This document shows positions 1-9,202 of a stretch of 64,000 nucleotides of DNA, piece after piece. Source of the DNA: Phycisphaerae bacterium (GTDB lineage: Bacteria > Planctomycetota > Phycisphaerae > UBA1845); assembly GCA_963666835.2 (NCBI GenBank), contig CAXXGO010000006.1, forward strand, positions 2,464,001 through 2,528,000, read 5' to 3'. The position numbers and the translations under genes are program-made. Position 1 is the stretch's first letter. Every line of letters begins with the position of its first letter. The notes beneath the pieces were generated by a model. The model did not search any database and was not told where the DNA came from. It worked only from the letters and a program-made list of their open reading frames with translations.

Positions 1-1240
1 GTCGGAACCGGGGATCGCCCGACGGCGGTGATTGCCCGGACGATCAAGGGGTGGGGGATCGACTCGATTCAGAACCGGAACTTCCACGGAAAGCCCATCG
101 CCGCCGCGGATCTGGAGAGCGTCTGCCGGGAATTGGATGAGACCGGGAAAGCGGCGGGGGCGGCTCCCGGAGACGGGATGGGCCCCGCTTTGCCGGCGCG
201 CCGAGCCGCGGAGGTTCCGCTGCCGGCGGCGGTACTTCCGCCGTTTGGCGATTCCCTTTCGCGCGTGGGGTTGGCCCAGGCCATGGACAGCCGGAAGCTC
301 GCTACGCGCAATGCCTATGGTGTGGCGCTTGTTGCCCTCGGGGATGCGGATGCACGAGTCGTGGCTTTGGATGCCGATGTCAGCAACTCGACGTTCGCCA
401 ACTTCTTTGCGAAGGAGCATCCGGACCGGTTCTTCGAGTGCAAGATCGCTGAACAGAACATGATTACGGTGGCTGCGGGGCTGGCCGCCGGTGGCAAGAT
501 TCCCTTCGCCAGCAGTTTCGCGAAGTTCTTGGCGCGGGCGGTCGACCAGATCGACATGGCCGCGATTTCCAGAGCCAACATCAAGATAGTGGGCTCGCAC
601 GCCGGCGTTTCTCTCGGGGCGGACGGTCCCTCGCAAATGTCCGTGTCGGACATGGCCTATTTCCGCAGCATGACCAAGGTGGACACGGGGCTGGGGCACG
701 TGGCCTGTCGTGTCTTTCACCCGGCCGATGCCATCTGCGCGTACCGGTGCGTGGAGCTGATGGCGGCTACCAAGGGCATGTGCTACCTCCGGACGCATCG
801 CCCGGCCGCACCGTTCCTCTATGCTCTGGAAGAGCGGTTCGAACTAGATGGCTGCAAGCGGTTGCGGGAGGGTGGGGATCTGACCCTCGTCAGCAGTGGC
901 TACATGGTCCACCCGATTCTGACAATCGCCGATAGCCTGCGGGTCGACGGTATTGAGTGCAATGTGTTCGACGCCTATACGCTGCCGCTCGATCCTACAC
1001 CGATTCTTCAGTCCGCACGCGAGGCCGGCGGGGTGATCTTGACGGTCGAGGATAATTATGCCGGCGGACTTCATGCCGAACTGGCCGAAGCCGCTGCTGA
1101 AGCGGGCGACGTTCGGGTGATCGGGATGACGGCCCGGCGGATTCCGAAGTCGGCGAAGTCGGCGGCGGAGGTTTTTCTCGCACGTTGGTGTGGGAGCGAC
1201 GTATATACTCCGGAAGGCCAAGGAGATTGTGAAGCGTTGA
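1..1240 (+). CDS. tkt: Transketolase, C-terminal part (5' end outside window); one apparent +1 frameshift at ~1172-1176
   Basis: Frame open from base 1. Motifs ARTIKGWG, DADVSNST, ECKIAEQNM, SHAGVSLGADGPSQM, YLRTHR and TVEDNY fit the transketolase pyrimidine-binding and C-terminal domains. Removing one T from the TTTTT run gives a normal end EVFSHVGVGATYILRKAKEIVKR-TGA at 1240; the uncorrected ORF runs to 1323. Confidence 0.88.
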
Positions 1241-1328
1241 GCCGTGTTCCAGTGTCCGGGGGAGGGCGCACTTTTCGGTTGCGTCATCCCCGGAGCGATG
1301 GGCGAAGGACGCGGTCTGACTGAGGAGT

Positions 1329-1943
1329 GTGTTTATGTTGGGGTCGAGGGCGATTCGCCGCGGTGTGATTGGGTTGGTCGTTCCTGCCGTTGTGGGGTTT
1401 TCGGCGGCTATTGCAGGGTCGAAGTCCGACTTTCCGAACCCCCAGGTTGCCCGGCTTGAGATGTTCAGCGGTCCCTGGGAGGTTTCAGAGCACCACTACG
1501 ACGCCGAGGGCGATCGGGTAGCTACGTTTGAGGGCAAGGAAACGAATACGTGGATTCTGGAAGATCATGCGATCAGGCGCAGCTACCAATCCGGGGATGA
1601 GTCGCGGGTCTACCGAGCGGAAGGGCATCTGACCTGGAACGAGGCGGAGAAGAAGTACCACGGCGTATGGTTCGACAACGTTTCGTCCACCGGCCCGTCC
1701 ACGGTGAAAGGCGAATGGCTCGAGTCCGAGAACACATTCGTGTTCTTCGTGCAATCGAAGACGATGGAGGGTGTGACGCTTACTCACAAGGTCATGGACC
1801 ACTTCCGTGATGAACGGACCAGGGTCGCGACCACCTACGCCGTTAACGGTGACGCGCTGACGAAGCGGATCGAAGTGCATTATAAGCGAGATATCTCCTG
1901 CCCGGGAGCCCAGCAACGTTTCAGTACGATCCCGCGAGGCTAG
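1329..1943 (+). CDS. Secreted DUF1579-like protein
   Basis: GAGGAG RBS, N-terminal signal-like segment, and the pattern GPWE...G.E...WIL...G.LTW....KKY.GVWFDN typical of DUF1579. Confidence 0.7.
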   Translation: MFMLGSRAIRRGVIGLVVPAVVGFSAAIAGSKSDFPNPQVARLEMFSGPWEVSEHHYDAEGDRVATFEGKETNTWILEDHAIRRSYQSGDESRVYRAEGHLTWNEAEKKYHGVWFDNVSSTGPSTVKGEWLESENTFVFFVQSKTMEGVTLTHKVMDHFRDERTRVATTYAVNGDALTKRIEVHYKRDISCPGAQQRFSTIPRG

Positions 1944-2103
1944 GGCTACGTCACACCCAGCTTCTGGGTCTGCCACTGCTTCTGAGCAGCGTAGGGACGA
2001 AATGCGGCGTGGATTGAATTCGGACCTTCACGTGTGACGAAGCGGTAGTTCGGTCTCCGGGAAGTCTGCTGGAGTGTTCCTTTCAGGTTTGGGAGTGTTG
2101 GGC

Positions 2104-2655
2104 ATGGAAGTATTTGAGGCTATCGCCAAACGGCACAGCTATCGCGCGTCGTTCGAGGAGACTCCGATTCCGCGGGCGGATCTTCAGCAGATTGTCCAGG
2201 CGGGTATTCAGGCTCCGTCGGGGAAGAACGGGCAGACCACCAGCTTCGTAATCCTGGATGATCTTGAGTTGGTTCGGAAGATCGGGGCGATGCCTTCAGC
2301 CAACCGGGCTATGCGCCAAGCTGCCGCTATGATTGCGTGTGTGATCGACGTACAGCCGGAACCGGTCTACGAAGGACATTCCTTCGCCATCGAGGATTGC
2401 GCGGCGGCGGTTGAGAACATGTTGCTGGCGGTTACGGCTTTGGGCTATGCCACGGTATGGATCGACGGCTGGCTCCGCCTGGAGCAGCGCGCCGAGACCA
2501 TCGGGGACCTCCTGGGTGTGCCCGACGGCAAGATTATTAGAGTGATGCTCCCGATCGGTATTCCGGTGGAGAACCGGCAACAGATGGAGAAGTTCCCCTT
2601 TCAGCAACGGGCGTGGTTCAACCGGTACGGGGCGTCTACTGACGCCCCCTCCTGA
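2104..2655 (+). CDS. Nitroreductase family protein
   Basis: AIAKRHSYR, QAPSGKNGQ and DCAAAVENMLLAVTALGYATVWI motifs. ATG at 2104 chosen over the upstream GTG at 2074. Confidence 0.9.
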   Translation: MEVFEAIAKRHSYRASFEETPIPRADLQQIVQAGIQAPSGKNGQTTSFVILDDLELVRKIGAMPSANRAMRQAAAMIACVIDVQPEPVYEGHSFAIEDCAAAVENMLLAVTALGYATVWIDGWLRLEQRAETIGDLLGVPDGKIIRVMLPIGIPVENRQQMEKFPFQQRAWFNRYGASTDAPS

Positions 2656-2694
2656 ACGCCTGAGTCCCTTTTCTCTAAAATACTGGAGCAAGAT

Positions 2695-3274
2695 ATGAAC
2701 TTGTCTAACAAGATCTTGACAACGAGGATGCTGGTGGGGGCGGCGCTTTCCCTGGGCCTCGCCGTCGCCCCCCCTGGCCTGCGGGTCGTTTTAATCCGCC
2801 TCTTGATGTGGTACAGAACGTCGAGTTGGATCGTTATGGCGGGAAGGTGGTACGAGATTGCCCGTTATCCGAACTCGTTTGAACGCGGCCTGCGTGGGGG
2901 TGACTGCGGATTACACACCTCGCGATGACGGCCGCATCGACGTAGTCAACACTTGCGTCGAGTCGTCCCTTGATGGGCCGTCGCGTGATATCCAAGGAAC
3001 GGCTCGTGTCGTTGACACCGCTACTAACGCAAAGCTGAAGGTCAGTTTCTTCTGGCCGTTCGAGGGGGACTATTGGATCATCGGCCTTGCCGAGGATTAT
3101 TTCGTACGCGGTGGATTGGATCCCCGGACCGCCGGTTCCTCTGGATTCTCAGCCGGACCCCGACAATGGACGAAGAGCTCTACCAGCAGATTCTGGACAA
3201 CCCTGCCGGAGAAAGGATTCGATCCCGATTCACTGTCGATTGTGCCCCAATCCGACTCAGACTCGCAAGATTAG
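2695..3274 (+). pseudogene. blc: Bacterial lipocalin (Blc-like lipoprotein) with ~7 apparent +1 frameshifts, probably sequencing artefacts
   Basis: Stitching frames gives signal peptide-PGC, PPLDVVQNVELDRYAGRWYEIARYPNSFERGCVGVTADY, AKLKVSFFWPFEGDYWII, SYAVIGSPDRRFLWILSRTP. All lipocalin motifs are present. Confidence 0.85.
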
Positions 3275-3302
3275 GGTTTTCAGTGTCCCATGAGCCACGG
3301 AG

Positions 3303-3811
3303 ATGACGGTCTTTAGTTTCTCCAATCAGTCAGACGCTTGCTGCTGGCCGGCGACCAACGACGGCGTAATGGGAGGCATCTCCCAGGGCCAATCGGAGAT
3401 CACTTCCGAAGGGACCCTGCGTTTCTTCGGTTGCGTTTCGCTGGAGAACAACGGCGGCTTTTCGTCGATTCGCTCTCGTGAAGAAGCGAAGGACCTATCG
3501 GCATACAACGGTATTCTGATACGAGTCCGCGGTGACGGAAAACCGGTACGCCCTTACTCTCCGGACGGACGTGAGGATCCGGGCCGGCTCTTACCGCGTG
3601 AAGTTCGATACGGAAGCGAATGAGTGGTTGGAGTTGTTCCTGCCCTTTGCGAGCTTTCGGCCGACGTCTTTTGGCGTCGAAACAGGCGCATGTTCCGCCG
3701 TTGGACCCCCGGAAGATCCGGTCTTTCGGTTTCGTGATTTCGGACAAACAGGCCGGGCTTTTCAGCCTGGAAGTGGATTGGATTAAGGCGGTGAATCGAC
3801 AGCGGTCCTGA
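3303..3811 (+). pseudogene. CIA30 family protein with 2 apparent +1 frameshifts, probably artefacts
   Basis: NDGVMGGIS, VSLENNGGFSSIRS and IRVRGDGK, then RYALTLRT...LPFASFRPT in the next frame, then IRSFGFVISDKQAGLFSLEVDWIKA in the third. Confidence 0.8.
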
Positions 3812-3922
3812 CAGAGACAGCCCGCCTACCTGAGCCTGCCGCTCGCTTTGAGACCGCGAGTCGCTTTTCCGGAAGGTCGTAGAGGAGAAGCGTAGAGGTC
3901 GGGCTGGTCGGACCGGGCTAAG

Positions 3923-6124
3923 CTACCGGCCGAAGCTGTGGGTATCGACGTTGAAGACTTCGTCGGTTGCGGGTAAGCGTGCCTCGAAGGTGTCATACTG
4001 GATGGTGTATTGTCCCAGACGCGGATCTGCGTAGCTGCCCGTGATCCGGAACGGAATCCGCACGCCGTCGACGTCGCGATAGTCTTCGTAGCTGACCGCC
4101 AATCCGACGGGTCCGCTGCCGGGGACCTTGGGAATGGAGATCGTCTTAAGAACCAGCCCGGTGGCGACGTCGACGAAATGCGTCATGGGCGCGGCGGCGA
4201 ACGGGGTTCCCCGCACGAGGTAGACATCCCGGCCGCCTACGGTGGTTCGACGGACCACCCGCAGCTCGCGGTAGAGGTCTTGCCAGTCACCGATCGCAGC
4301 CGGCACGGTGCGAAGCCTGGCTTGCTCGCGTTCGGCGTTGTCGAGTTCGGTCAAACCGGAGACCGGCGAGACCCGCCAGGCTCGGTCTTCGCCTACGACG
4401 GTGGTCTGGGCTTCCATCCCGCTGAACTGGACGGTCTCGCGCGAGCGCCGGCCGTCGGTGACCAGGGTGTTGCGGCCGCTGAGGCGGTGGACCGCGATGT
4501 TCATCGTTCCGGTCATGCGGAACGCGCCGAGTCTGTTCAGTTGTTCGAGCCCGTGTGCTTCTGAGTGCAACGCGAGCAACTCGTCGATCGATGGCAAGCT
4601 GTCGTCCGGCTCGATCCGCGGATTGTGGCTGTCCTGCGTGAACGCCGGAGGCGTCATCCCCGTGATCTTGCCGGCGCTGTTTCGCACAAAGTGGATACGC
4701 CCTTCGGGCGGGCCGACCAGCTCCCAAACGTCGGCAACATCGGTGGGAATCAGCTCGAATTCGGCCACCCCGGGAATCTCGATCGCCAGTTTGTCGCCGT
4801 TGCCCGTGACCGCCCGGAACATGTTGTCTCTTTCAGACCAATACAAACCGCAATACGGCTCATACTTGGACGGAACCGCCCGCGTCACATTCGTCGGTTC
4901 GATAAGGAGCTCATTGATAGCCCGCTCAATCTGGATGCCGGTGGGGTTGCCGCGAGATTGGGTAAAATAGAGGATCATCAGATCGCGGTCGGGCCAGACC
5001 CAACAATGCGTTCCTTCTGAGCCGTCGTGCCCCCAAATGGCCGACGTCATTTCCGACTCGTCTTGGACATTGTAGTACAACATCCAGTCCTGCCCGTAGT
5101 ACACGTCACGTCCGGGAAAACCGGTGGAGAAATCGGTCAGGGAGACGGGGGTAAGCCCGCGCTGGATGGCGGCGGTGGAAAGCAGGCGCTGTCGGCGTTG
5201 GCCGACCACCCCGCCGTCCATCCACAAGGTCAGGAAGCGGGCATAGTCCATAGGCGTGCCGAGCAACCCCTGCGCGCCACGGAGGAACGCGGCGTCTTCC
5301 GGTTGGCCGGGTTGCCAGTAGGACTCCCATTGACCATCGCGGATGACATACCGGCTGGCACACCGGTCCTGCGGGATAGCCCTCTTGCCGTTCGGCGCGA
5401 ACGTGTCATTCATTCCGAGCGGAGCCAGGATGCGCTCCTCCACGAGATTATCCAAGCTCGTATTGCTCGCTTCAGAGAGAATGGCGCCGAGGCTGTTCGC
5501 GCCGCCGTCGCTATACTGGAAGCCCGTGCCGGGGAGGAACTCCTCCGGACCGCGGCGGCCCCAGTAGTCGGCAATGTCCTTGAGCGTCTCGTTCTTGCCC
5601 GGGGCATGGTACTCCCAGGCGAGCCCGCTTCGGTGCGTCAGAAGGTCGCCCACGGTTATCGTTCGGGATCTGTCGTTATTGAACGAAAGGAGGTACGCGG
5701 CCGCGGGGGTGTCTGGGGAAAGCACGCCGTCGTCGATCAACATCTGTGCGGCCGTACCGATAATCGGTTTGGTCATCGAGCGTAGATTGAAGATCGTATG
5801 GAGCTGCATTCGGACCGACTGATCGCGATCCTGCCAGCCGATGCCCTCGTGGAGCACGGTTCTGCGGTTCTTGATGACCAGCAGTTCCGCCCCCACGATT
5901 TTCTCGTCGTTGACGAATCCGTGAACGGTGTCACTTAGCCTGCCGAGTGCGTCGGATGAGATGCCCTGGCTTTCGGGGGTGGCGATGGGAAACGCGATTC
6001 GGCCTTCGGAATCTGCCCGGGCGGTGAGGCAGGGCAGAACGGTGGCCGTAAGCAAAATGGCTAAACCACCAGCGCACCAAAAGCGCGAGCGCATCTCGGG
6101 TAATCCCCCTACAGCATTCCCCAT
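3923..6124 (-). CDS. Secreted serine hydrolase (class C beta-lactamase/PBP-like) with extra C-terminal beta-rich domains
   Basis: Signal peptide, SMTK (SxxK), LLTHRSGL, FQYSD and WGHDG motifs. Start may be 6094. Confidence 0.85.
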   Translation of the reverse strand: MGNAVGGLPEMRSRFWCAGGLAILLTATVLPCLTARADSEGRIAFPIATPESQGISSDALGRLSDTVHGFVNDEKIVGAELLVIKNRRTVLHEGIGWQDRDQSVRMQLHTIFNLRSMTKPIIGTAAQMLIDDGVLSPDTPAAAYLLSFNNDRSRTITVGDLLTHRSGLAWEYHAPGKNETLKDIADYWGRRGPEEFLPGTGFQYSDGGANSLGAILSEASNTSLDNLVEERILAPLGMNDTFAPNGKRAIPQDRCASRYVIRDGQWESYWQPGQPEDAAFLRGAQGLLGTPMDYARFLTLWMDGGVVGQRRQRLLSTAAIQRGLTPVSLTDFSTGFPGRDVYYGQDWMLYYNVQDESEMTSAIWGHDGSEGTHCWVWPDRDLMILYFTQSRGNPTGIQIERAINELLIEPTNVTRAVPSKYEPYCGLYWSERDNMFRAVTGNGDKLAIEIPGVAEFELIPTDVADVWELVGPPEGRIHFVRNSAGKITGMTPPAFTQDSHNPRIEPDDSLPSIDELLALHSEAHGLEQLNRLGAFRMTGTMNIAVHRLSGRNTLVTDGRRSRETVQFSGMEAQTTVVGEDRAWRVSPVSGLTELDNAEREQARLRTVPAAIGDWQDLYRELRVVRRTTVGGRDVYLVRGTPFAAAPMTHFVDVATGLVLKTISIPKVPGSGPVGLAVSYEDYRDVDGVRIPFRITGSYADPRLGQYTIQYDTFEARLPATDEVFNVDTHSFGR

Positions 6125-6576
6125 GTTGGGCGGGCCGACCGCAAACCGGACGCAGACAACTTCTTCACTCGTGCGGGTCTGCGCCCCACGGTCGGCCTAT
6201 TCTACTACATAGCATGCGTCTTTGTCCCGCTTGGCGCCTCACGGCGGACAAGATCTGACAAACCAGCGACGGGTTGCGTTCGATCCGCGGCGAGACGTCG
6301 CGCTGTCTGCCCCGGTGACTTGGGCTCAGGGCACCTTGCCGTCGTGCATCAAAGACCATCCCTGCTTTGTTAAGCACTTGGCCGGAGCGTTGCGGCAGGG
6401 TTGCGGTGTAGTTATCGCTCTTGCCGACTTACCGTCAGGGAGTGGATCGGTTGCACCGACGGGGCGCCGTGCTCGGCCAAAGGCGGGTCGCTCACGCTCG
6501 CCGTTCCGATTGCGGTGGGTCGCTCACGCTTGCCGTGCCGATTACGCGGGTTTCCTCGGAGGCGCCCCCGGCGGGT

Positions 6577-7031
6577 GTAGGGCAGGTCGAGGAACGAGAC
6601 CTGCCGTGGTCTTCGCGCGATGTGCACCATCGTGGCAGGTCTCGTACCTCGACCGTGCCCTACAGGGGGTGACAATCGGGTGGCATGGGTCAACTTGTTG
6701 ACCCGTGCAGCTTGGCGAGCCGCAGGCATCACGGGCAAGCTGGAACGGTCCATGACCCTAACGCGAGATCGAGTGACGACCGGTACTTCGCTGCGCAAAT
6801 CGGCGACGCTTGCCCATGGCACCCAGGACGGCAGGTCTCGTACCTCGACCGTGCCCTACGAGGTCTTCGCGCGATGTGCACCATCGTGGCAGGTCTCGTA
6901 CCTCGACCGTGCCCTACGAGGTCTTCGCGCGATGTGCACCATCGTGGCAGGTCTCGTACCTCGACCGTGCCCTACGGAATCTCCGCGCGATACGCCGTCG
7001 TGGCAGGTCTCGTACCTCGACCGTGCCCTAC
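6577..7031. repeat. GTAG-type REP-like element cluster: an inverted pair plus a 4-copy tandem array
   Basis: 30-bp unit GGCAGGTCTCGTACCTCGACCGTGCCCTAC (reverse complement starts GTAG; GGCA/TGCC and GGTC/GACC form a stem) at 6634, 6830, 6888, 6946 and 7002, with an inverted variant at 6577-6605. Tandem periods are 58, 58 and 56 bp. Confidence 0.85.
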
Positions 7032-7085
7032 GCAGGATGACAACTTGATGGCATGGGGAAACTCGTTGTCCTGTGGAGCAAATGC

Positions 7086-7106
7086 GGTCCGCACAGCGTA
7101 CCCTAC
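7086..7106 (-). repeat. GTAG-type REP-like element, same family as 56377-56464
   Basis: Reverse complement GTAGGGTACGCTGTGCGGACC versus GTAGGGTCCGCTGTACGGACC at 56444. Confidence 0.7.
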
Positions 7107-7211
7107 TTGCCTTGGGACGCCAGGTTCTGTAAGGCCAAGGCGTGCGGCTGGAGGATTGTCGGTTGTGGCAGGTCGCTTACGCTCGCCGTACTTGTGGAAG
7201 CGGTCTGTTGC

Positions 7212-7775
7212 TCAGGCCGGGCCGGAGTCGTTCAACTCGTGGCGAAGCCACAGGCGCGCTTGGGCCCAATAGCGGTCGGCGGTTGCCCGGGAGATGCCCA
7301 GCACTTCGCCGGCCTTTTCCACGGTGAGGCCTTCGAAGAAGCGGAGTCGCACGAGTTCGGCTTTGGTCGGGTCAGTCGCCGAGAGCCGCGCCAGCGCTTC
7401 GTTGAGGGCCTCGACGTTGTCCGGTTCACGCCGGCACGGCAGGTCTCCGTCGTCCAGCGACAATCGTCGACGGTTGCCCCCACGTTTCAAACGCGAGCGA
7501 CGCCTCGCTTGGTCGATGAGGATCCGACGCATAGCCTCTCCGGCGGCGGTGAAGAAATGCGCACGGTTGTCGAAGGTGAAGTTCTCGGCGCCGCCGAGTC
7601 GAATGAAGGCCTCGTGAACCAAGCCGGTGGCGTCCAGAGGTTGGTCGGGCGGCTCCTGGGCGATTCTCTGCTCAGCGAGCCTTCGAAGTTCTTCGTACAC
7701 CGCTGTTACCAGACGGTCCGCGGCTTCTTGGTCTCCGGCTTTGATAGCAGTCAGGATGCGCGTTACTTCTCCCAT
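7212..7775 (-). CDS. ECF RNA polymerase sigma factor, TIGR02999-like planctomycete type
   Basis: EVTRIL, VYEELRRLA, LDATGLVHEAFIRL, RAHFFTAAGEAMRRILIDQAR, VRLRFFEGLT and ARLWLRHEL motifs. Confidence 0.92.
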   Translation of the reverse strand: MGEVTRILTAIKAGDQEAADRLVTAVYEELRRLAEQRIAQEPPDQPLDATGLVHEAFIRLGGAENFTFDNRAHFFTAAGEAMRRILIDQARRRSRLKRGGNRRRLSLDDGDLPCRREPDNVEALNEALARLSATDPTKAELVRLRFFEGLTVEKAGEVLGISRATADRYWAQARLWLRHELNDSGPA

Positions 7776-7956
7776 GCTATTCCCATGCGGTATGTTGAGA
7801 CTATCCCCCCAGAGTAGACCCGCTCCTTCGGTTGACCATCGCGTTCTAGTCTCGCGATACGCCGTGGCAGAGGCAAGCCCGTCTTACGTTTCCTTACAAT
7901 TGCAGGTGGTGCAGGGTGGGCACGTATTCGCCCTGCTACTTGCGCTTAGGTCGGGC

Positions 7957-9201
7957 TTATCGGTCTGATGTGTCAGCGCCGGTCACCGACGGCGCGACAG
8001 GTCGCGCGAACGCGGCTTGTTGAGACCAGATGCCCGGGATCTCGGCTCCGCAGTTCGGGCACTTGCCGTCCGCGATTACGTTGGCGCGCACGTTAAACCC
8101 GATTCGGCTGATCAGCTCGTGACGGCACTGATGGCAGTAGGTGTTCTCACCGGGGTGCATGCGCACGTTGCCCACGTATGCATAATGCACGCCTTCCTCG
8201 AGCGCGATCTCCCGAGCCCGCTCGATTGTCGACACGGGAGTCCGCGGCAAGTTCATCATGCGGTACGTGGGGTGGAAGCGTGTGAAATGCATGGGGACGT
8301 TGGGCCCGAGCTGCCGGACGACCCACCGGCACATCTGTTTGATCTCGTCCGCCGAATCGTTGAGCGTGGGGATGATCAGAATCACGAGTTCGAACCAGAT
8401 TCCGATGCCCTTGAGCGTCTCGAGCGTAGCCAAGACCGGCTTCAACTCGCCGGCGCACGTATCACGATAGAACTTCTCGGTAAACGCTTTGAGATCTATC
8501 TTCACCCCCGTCAATTGCCGGCATAGCTGGCGAAGCGGTTTCTCTTGAATGTAGCCGTTGGAGATCATCACACTGCCGATCCCGGCGCCACGGGCCAACG
8601 CGGCCGTGTCGTGCATGTACTCGTAGAACACGACCGGCTCGGAGTAGGTGTAGGCGATGGTCTGGGCCCGCCGGGCTTTGCACACCTCGATCAGACGTTC
8701 CGGAGTTACAATGGTGCTATTCTCGAGCTGCTCCGGTCGGAACTGGCTGATCTGCCAGTTCTGGCAGAACTTGCACTCGATATTGCAGCCGGCCGTGGCG
8801 ATGGAGAATGCCGCGGTGCCCGGCAGGTAATGGAATAGCGGCTTCTTCTCGATCGGGTCGAGGTTGGCCGAGCACAATGCGCCATAGACGAGTGTTTGGT
8901 ACTTTCCGTCGCGGTTCTCGCGGACTCCGCAATATCCTCGCTCGACGTCCGCGACTTCGCATTCCCTCGGACAAAGCGTGCAGCGCAGACGCTGGTCGGA
9001 CGTCGGCTCCCAGTGCATCGCATCGTGGCGATTGATGCCGTTCAGATGCGGGCCCGGGAGTGTTCCGGTGCCGGCGACGTCTTGTCCGGCCGCCGGCGCC
9101 AGGCGGAGCGAGCCGAGCGCGCCGGCGGCTCCGCACACCATACCCCAACGCAGAATGTCGCGGCGGGTGGGTTCGTTGAAGAAATTGTGTCGGCAGTCCA
9201 C
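7957..9201 (-). CDS. amrS: AmmeMemoRadiSam system radical SAM enzyme with putative Tat signal
   Basis: CTLCPREC...GYCGVREN N-terminal Cys cluster, DPIEKKPLFH, GCNIECKFCQNW (CxxxCxxC), AYTYSEP, HFTRFHP and C-terminal CxxC...CxxC. N-terminal TRRDIL followed by a hydrophobic stretch. Confidence 0.92.
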   Translation of the reverse strand: MDCRHNFFNEPTRRDILRWGMVCGAAGALGSLRLAPAAGQDVAGTGTLPGPHLNGINRHDAMHWEPTSDQRLRCTLCPRECEVADVERGYCGVRENRDGKYQTLVYGALCSANLDPIEKKPLFHYLPGTAAFSIATAGCNIECKFCQNWQISQFRPEQLENSTIVTPERLIEVCKARRAQTIAYTYSEPVVFYEYMHDTAALARGAGIGSVMISNGYIQEKPLRQLCRQLTGVKIDLKAFTEKFYRDTCAGELKPVLATLETLKGIGIWFELVILIIPTLNDSADEIKQMCRWVVRQLGPNVPMHFTRFHPTYRMMNLPRTPVSTIERAREIALEEGVHYAYVGNVRMHPGENTYCHQCRHELISRIGFNVRANVIADGKCPNCGAEIPGIWSQQAAFARPVAPSVTGADTSDR

Positions 9202-9202
9202 G

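Larger units (their letters stand above)
6486..7189. repeat. Dispersed short repeat GGTCGCTCACGCTCGCCGT (3 copies)
   Basis: Copies at 6486-6504, 6518-6536 and 7171-7189, each within one mismatch of the consensus. Confidence 0.7.

Noticed and set aside
6830..7031. CRISPR array (30-bp repeats with 26-28-bp gaps)
   Set aside because: The gaps are identical or homologous rather than unique spacers, an inverted copy exists at 6577, the unit has a GTAG-REP structure, and no cas genes are in the window.
6222..7272. ORFs across the repeat patch (6222-6701, 6620-7048, 6685-7272 and others)
   Set aside because: They are translations of the DNA repeats in several frames, with no protein-like features.
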